From NCBI GenBank assembly GCA_016286055.1, contig JAEERW010000009.1, forward strand, positions 28,592 to 92,591: a stretch of DNA of 64,000 nt, written 5' to 3'. The position numbers and the translations under genes are program-made. The notes under the pieces are model-generated. The model made no database searches and was not told the origin of the DNA. It saw only the letters and a program-made list of their open reading frames with translations. This DNA comes from Bacteroidales bacterium. Its GTDB lineage: Bacteria; Bacteroidota; Bacteroidia; Bacteroidales; UBA3824. Below are positions 60,182 through 64,000 of this stretch, piece by piece (the stretch's first letter is position 1; every line of letters begins with the position of its first letter).

Positions 60182-62155
60182 ATGGAAAACGCACAGACAC
60201 ATAACAACGGAGACTGCGACTGCTTGGAAAAACTATCCACCGATGCAGGCATGGCTATATTGTCAGGGCTGCTCGGCAGTCATGCCGATGCCGTTTTGCT
60301 GTGCGACGACGAGTTTCAAATCATCAACCGCAATCACAGCGCCAAGATTATCACATCGCACTACATGCATGGCAATGGTATCACACCGCTGTTCGAAGTT
60401 TTTCCAGAATTAGCCGAAGAAACATTCAAGCATAGAATAATAAACGCACAACAAGGCAACACTGTGGCTGAATTTCTATGCGGAATAAGAGGCACCACAT
60501 ACCGAATCAAATGTGCGAGAATGTTCAACGGGCTTATCATTCAGCTCACCGAAATCACCAACCCGCTCTCGCCCGACAGCGACCTCGACAACAACAACTT
60601 CAAGATGCTTTTTGAGAATATGACATCAGGCTTCCTATTCCTCAAAAAAGTTGAAAACTACGACGGCACGCCCGACTTTGAGATTATCGACGTAAACTCC
60701 ACATTCGAAATGTATTTCGATGTAGAGCGCGACCGCATTATAGGTAGGTCATTATCGCAAGTGCTACCCTCCATCAGCAGCATATTCGCCTCAAAATTGG
60801 AACGCATAGCCATGCACGGACGCGCTATCAAAGAGCTGTACGAAAAACCACAGACCAAACGGCACCTTGAGGTAAAACTCTTTTCGCCACGCATTGGCTA
60901 CGCAGCAGCAGTGTTTAACGACGTAAAAGCGGAAATGGAGCAGCGCAACGACCTGCTAGTGAAAAACGCAATTTCCAAGGCTTTTGCCATGGGCGGCAAC
61001 GCCGACGTGTATAAAGCAATTATAGAAATAGTGCAGCACAGCACTCAAAGTCCGTGCGGATTTATAGGCTATCCCGCCGACGACAACATAATCAAAGTGC
61101 TGGCAGTTAACGACCACACCACCGAATACTCGCTCACCAACGAAAAAGGAGAATATGTAGCCGACCTCAAAATGTTTCCAGTAGGCATAAAACTACTGAA
61201 AACAAGGCAACAACAAGCCGTTCAGAACATTAACGGGCACAAGTATATACTTCTCACCCCAATTCTCAACGGCGGCGAACTTGTGGGAATGATAGGCCTT
61301 GCCGACGCACCGCAAGGTTACGACCAAAAAAGCAAAGATTTTGTGATGAGCTTAGCAGAGTACTCCGCACCACTGATGGAACGCGAAATCAAAGAGTACC
61401 GTCACAAAAAAGAACTTATACAAGCCAAAGAGATAGCCGAACAAAACGAAAAACTCAAGACAGCATTCCTTGGCAACATAAGTCACGAAATACGCACACC
61501 CCTCAACAGCATAGCCGGATTCAGCGACCTACTCTGCCGCTCGGGAGAACTCACCCCAAAGCAGTTCAAATATGCCGACACAATCTGCAAGGCTGCCAAA
61601 AACCTTGTAAGCATAGTAAACTCAATAGTAGAGCTTTCTAAGATTGAAACACGCCAGGTGAAGATATCCAACACATCGTTCTGTCTCAACGACCTCATCG
61701 ACGACCTGCTCGACATATACAAAAACAAGGCTGACACCAAAGGGCTTACGCTCATACCTCAAAAGGGTCTCGACAAGTATGCATCTTATATCTACACCGA
61801 CAGGACAAAAATACACCGTATAATGTCGACCCTGGTAGACAACGGATTGAAATTCACCGAAAAAGGCGAAGTTTCGTTCGGATACAAATACATTGGCAAA
61901 GACAACTTGCTTGAGTTTTTTGTCCGCGACACCGGCATTGGCATAAGAAAAGAGATGCAGTCAAAAATATTCACATCGTTTCTTCAAGACGAGAAAACTC
62001 TCGAACGTCAACATGGTGGCGTAGGCGTTGGACTATCCATATGCAACAGCTACATCAAGATGCTCGGCAGCACCATAATTATCGAATCAGAACCGCAGAA
62101 AGGCTCGTTGTTCCATTTTGCTATTGGATACAACACTCAGCCCAAGGATAATTAA
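60182..62155 (+). CDS. cytoplasmic sensor histidine kinase (PAS-PAS-GAF-HisKA-HATPase_c)
   Basis: The H-box is FLGNISHEIRTPLNSI. The ATPase motifs DNGLKFT, DTGIGI and GGVGVGLSI are present. There are no TM segments and no adjacent response regulator. Confidence 0.85.
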   Translation: MENAQTHNNGDCDCLEKLSTDAGMAILSGLLGSHADAVLLCDDEFQIINRNHSAKIITSHYMHGNGITPLFEVFPELAEETFKHRIINAQQGNTVAEFLCGIRGTTYRIKCARMFNGLIIQLTEITNPLSPDSDLDNNNFKMLFENMTSGFLFLKKVENYDGTPDFEIIDVNSTFEMYFDVERDRIIGRSLSQVLPSISSIFASKLERIAMHGRAIKELYEKPQTKRHLEVKLFSPRIGYAAAVFNDVKAEMEQRNDLLVKNAISKAFAMGGNADVYKAIIEIVQHSTQSPCGFIGYPADDNIIKVLAVNDHTTEYSLTNEKGEYVADLKMFPVGIKLLKTRQQQAVQNINGHKYILLTPILNGGELVGMIGLADAPQGYDQKSKDFVMSLAEYSAPLMEREIKEYRHKKELIQAKEIAEQNEKLKTAFLGNISHEIRTPLNSIAGFSDLLCRSGELTPKQFKYADTICKAAKNLVSIVNSIVELSKIETRQVKISNTSFCLNDLIDDLLDIYKNKADTKGLTLIPQKGLDKYASYIYTDRTKIHRIMSTLVDNGLKFTEKGEVSFGYKYIGKDNLLEFFVRDTGIGIRKEMQSKIFTSFLQDEKTLERQHGGVGVGLSICNSYIKMLGSTIIIESEPQKGSLFHFAIGYNTQPKDN

Positions 62156-62225
62156 CGCTGCATATATATATAATGCTTAACGCATACACCAACTAGCTAT
62201 TAACCATTTATAATTTGTTATTATT

Positions 62226-62927
62226 ATGCTTCTCAACAAAACAGACTCGTTTCGCGATTACCTAAATAAAGAATACGGCATAGACTACGCTCGCCCGGTA
62301 GAGTTTGTTACCGAGCGCATTCCATTGGAGGAGCAGATAGACTACACCGAATTTTCGCAAAGGCGGAGGCAGACAGGCAACAACTGCAAATCTTTTGAGG
62401 CCAACGCATTAATACTAAACCACAACGACAACGACGACAAAGTGAAAACCGCACTGTCGGATATGGCCGACATTGGCAGCATTGAGGCGCTGCGCTTTCT
62501 CACCGAATACGCAAAAAAACACCAAGGGCTTTACGACTTCTGGCCCGCAATTGCCCGCAACGAGTGCAAAGGCAATGTGGAGTACGACCTTACAGGCGAA
62601 GTTAAAATTTATATACTATCTCCCTTTGGCAGCGTTGACGGCAAAATCAAATTCAAAGCCACCGTAAGGTCAGAATCAAAACAAGAGTTTTCGCCATTGC
62701 AAAAAGAAATCATAAAAAAAGAGTTCGCATTTCAAGACGACCGCCATCACACCGTTACCACGGTTAAGTTTTGTCGCAAAGGATGCGTTTTTACTTTGCT
62801 CATGCCATTAGACGTGCCGATACTTAGCACCATTGCCGAAACGCTCAACGAATGCAACCTGCTCGGATGCCATATCGACATCGATTCTCTCAATCTAAAA
62901 AACTTCAGCGGAAAAAGTGTTATATAA
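62226..62927 (+). CDS. hypothetical protein
   Basis: This is a 233-aa ORF with compositional coding character. I recognised no family. Confidence 0.5.
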   Translation: MLLNKTDSFRDYLNKEYGIDYARPVEFVTERIPLEEQIDYTEFSQRRRQTGNNCKSFEANALILNHNDNDDKVKTALSDMADIGSIEALRFLTEYAKKHQGLYDFWPAIARNECKGNVEYDLTGEVKIYILSPFGSVDGKIKFKATVRSESKQEFSPLQKEIIKKEFAFQDDRHHTVTTVKFCRKGCVFTLLMPLDVPILSTIAETLNECNLLGCHIDIDSLNLKNFSGKSVI

Positions 62928-62930
62928 AAA

Positions 62931-62954
62931 AAGCGGGAGCTTGGTGTCCCGCTT
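62931..62954 (-). terminator. hairpin with T-run on the minus strand (candidate terminator for the methyltransferase gene)
   Basis: The stem AAGCGGGA / TCCCGCTT is flanked by A-runs on the plus strand. The minus-strand reading therefore gives hairpin plus T-run, and the plus-strand reading does not. Confidence 0.45.
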
Positions 62955-63099
62955 CAAAAAAAAAACTAACTATTAACTAATCTACTACCTCTAAACAATC
63001 TCTGTGCAAATGTACGGTTTAAATTTGAATATGTTGCAATTTTTTTGAAAGTTTTTTCAAAAAAAATTACTTTTAATTTATAATCAACAACTTACAAGG

Positions 63100-63873
63100 C
63101 TATTTTTTTTGATTTAAAACACGGTAAAATTCGTTGCAAACAATAGCTGTAGCCGACGAAACGTTGAGACTTTCGGGAGCCGAGGCAGAATCGCAGCCGC
63201 AAGGTATGGCAATTCGCCGCGAAATCGCCGCTGATACTTCGCTTGAAATACCGTGGCCTTCGTTGCCCATAACAATAACCCCACCATTTGAAAGGTCGGT
63301 ACTGTAAATGCTCTCGCCGTCCATAAAAGTACCAAACACGTCGATACCCATGCTACTAGCTTCCGATAGCATTTTAGGCAAGTCGCAATAATCAACCCTC
63401 ACTCTAAAAGCCGAACCCATAGCAGCTTGCACCACTTTGGGGTTATACATATCAGTGCAATCGTTCGACGCCAAAACTGTACTAATACCATACCAGTTGG
63501 CAATTCGGAGAATAGTTCCCAAATTACCAGGGTCGCGCACACCATCTAATGCAAGACAAAGTTCACCCTTGCGTATGCCCGGCTTAGACGCAGGCTTGGG
63601 AATATACACCTCCGCCACCACGCTGCAAGCTGTGGTCATAGCCGACAATTTGCGTATCTCCACCGCATTTACAGCTGTAATAATAGTGTTTTTAAAACGG
63701 TCGGCGTACGAAAGAATCCATTCGGGCACTGCAAAAATTTCTTTAATACGCATTTCGGAGCGCAACAATTCAAGCACCACTTTAGTGCCCTCAGCCACAA
63801 ATGTGCCAGATTCTTGACGATATTTTTTAATTTGCAGAGAATTAATCTGCTTTATTCTGTTTTTGCTAAGCAT
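63100..63873 (-). CDS. TrmH/SpoU family RNA 2'-O-methyltransferase (RlmB-like)
   Basis: An N-terminal substrate-binding domain (KNRIKQINSLQIKKYR) and a SpoU methylase core (DGVRDPGNLGTILRIANWYG, VMGNEGHGIS, ESLNVSSATAI) are present. Confidence 0.8.
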   Translation of the reverse strand: MLSKNRIKQINSLQIKKYRQESGTFVAEGTKVVLELLRSEMRIKEIFAVPEWILSYADRFKNTIITAVNAVEIRKLSAMTTACSVVAEVYIPKPASKPGIRKGELCLALDGVRDPGNLGTILRIANWYGISTVLASNDCTDMYNPKVVQAAMGSAFRVRVDYCDLPKMLSEASSMGIDVFGTFMDGESIYSTDLSNGGVIVMGNEGHGISSEVSAAISRRIAIPCGCDSASAPESLNVSSATAIVCNEFYRVLNQKK

Positions 63874-63907
63874 ATTTAATAATTTTGCACTGTATTTAAA
63901 AAAGCAG

Positions 63908-63915
63908 TATTTTTG
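63908..63915 (+). promoter_or_regulatory. -7 promoter box TATTTTTG
   Basis: An exact TAnnTTTG lies just upstream of the ATG at 63921. Confidence 0.35.
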
Positions 63916-63920
63916 CCGCT

Positions 63921-64000
63921 ATGAGTATCTCGATCAAATATTTAACAATCATAACCGCTGCAACAATTGTGCTAAACGGCTGCAGCCCAAAAAAATATTT
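63921..64000 (+). CDS. putative lipoprotein, N-terminal fragment (runs off the window)
   Basis: MSISIKYLTIITAATIVLNGCSPKK is a signal peptide with a lipobox Cys. Only 26 codons are visible. Confidence 0.4.
   Translation, partial: MSISIKYLTIITAATIVLNGCSPKKY

Noticed and set aside
1-64000. I looked for tRNA, rRNA, tmRNA, riboswitch, transposase/integrase, prophage blocks and reverse transcriptase (retron/DGR).
   Set aside because: I found no T-loop/acceptor-like tRNA signatures, no rRNA-like stretches, and no ORF with integrase, transposase or RT motifs. Absence is judged by eye only; tRNAscan-SE, Infernal/Rfam and ISEScan would be decisive.

Overview
The window looks like a chromosomal segment of a Bacteroidota (Bacteroidales-like) genome. 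Three things support this: a short, roughly 285-aa primary sigma factor; TAnnTTTG '-7' promoter boxes in front of many genes; and type IX secretion (T9SS) components (PorP/SprF, GldJ-like) together with proteins carrying T9SS C-terminal sorting domains. Coding density is high, with about 46 CDS.

Nt 1-40,600 is mostly housekeeping: parC, rpoD, apbE, an SRP RNA, argR-argH, an acyl-CoA ligase, a cbpA-like gene, a MacB-type ABC pair, acpH, porP/gldJ, alaS, and two large sensor-PP2C phosphatases. Nt 57,300-64,000 is also ordinary.

Nt 40,600-57,300 is different. It holds a 2,9xx-aa T9SS cargo gene, a second T9SS cargo gene with an internal duplication, and an orphan helical protein. It also holds a translationally coupled two-gene cassette that is bracketed by two identical 76-nt GC-rich double-hairpin elements, with a third, truncated copy nearby. 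Next to these sit four iteron-like 24-25-bp tandem repeats. Five arrays of a heptanucleotide tandem repeat (NTGAATT / AATTCAN) separate the transcription units, and most of them lie just 3' of a terminator hairpin.

My best candidates for something undescribed are:
- the repeat-bracketed cassette at 51.1-52.5 kb;
- the hairpin-plus-heptamer intergenic module family;
- a three-gene envelope operon at 31.0-35.4 kb, made of two paralogous N-anchored proteins that share a 'DLDLHV' C-terminal module plus an OmpA-family protein.

I recognised no rRNA, tRNA, CRISPR array, transposase or integrase. All family assignments come from reading the translated ORFs and recalling motifs. No searches were run.
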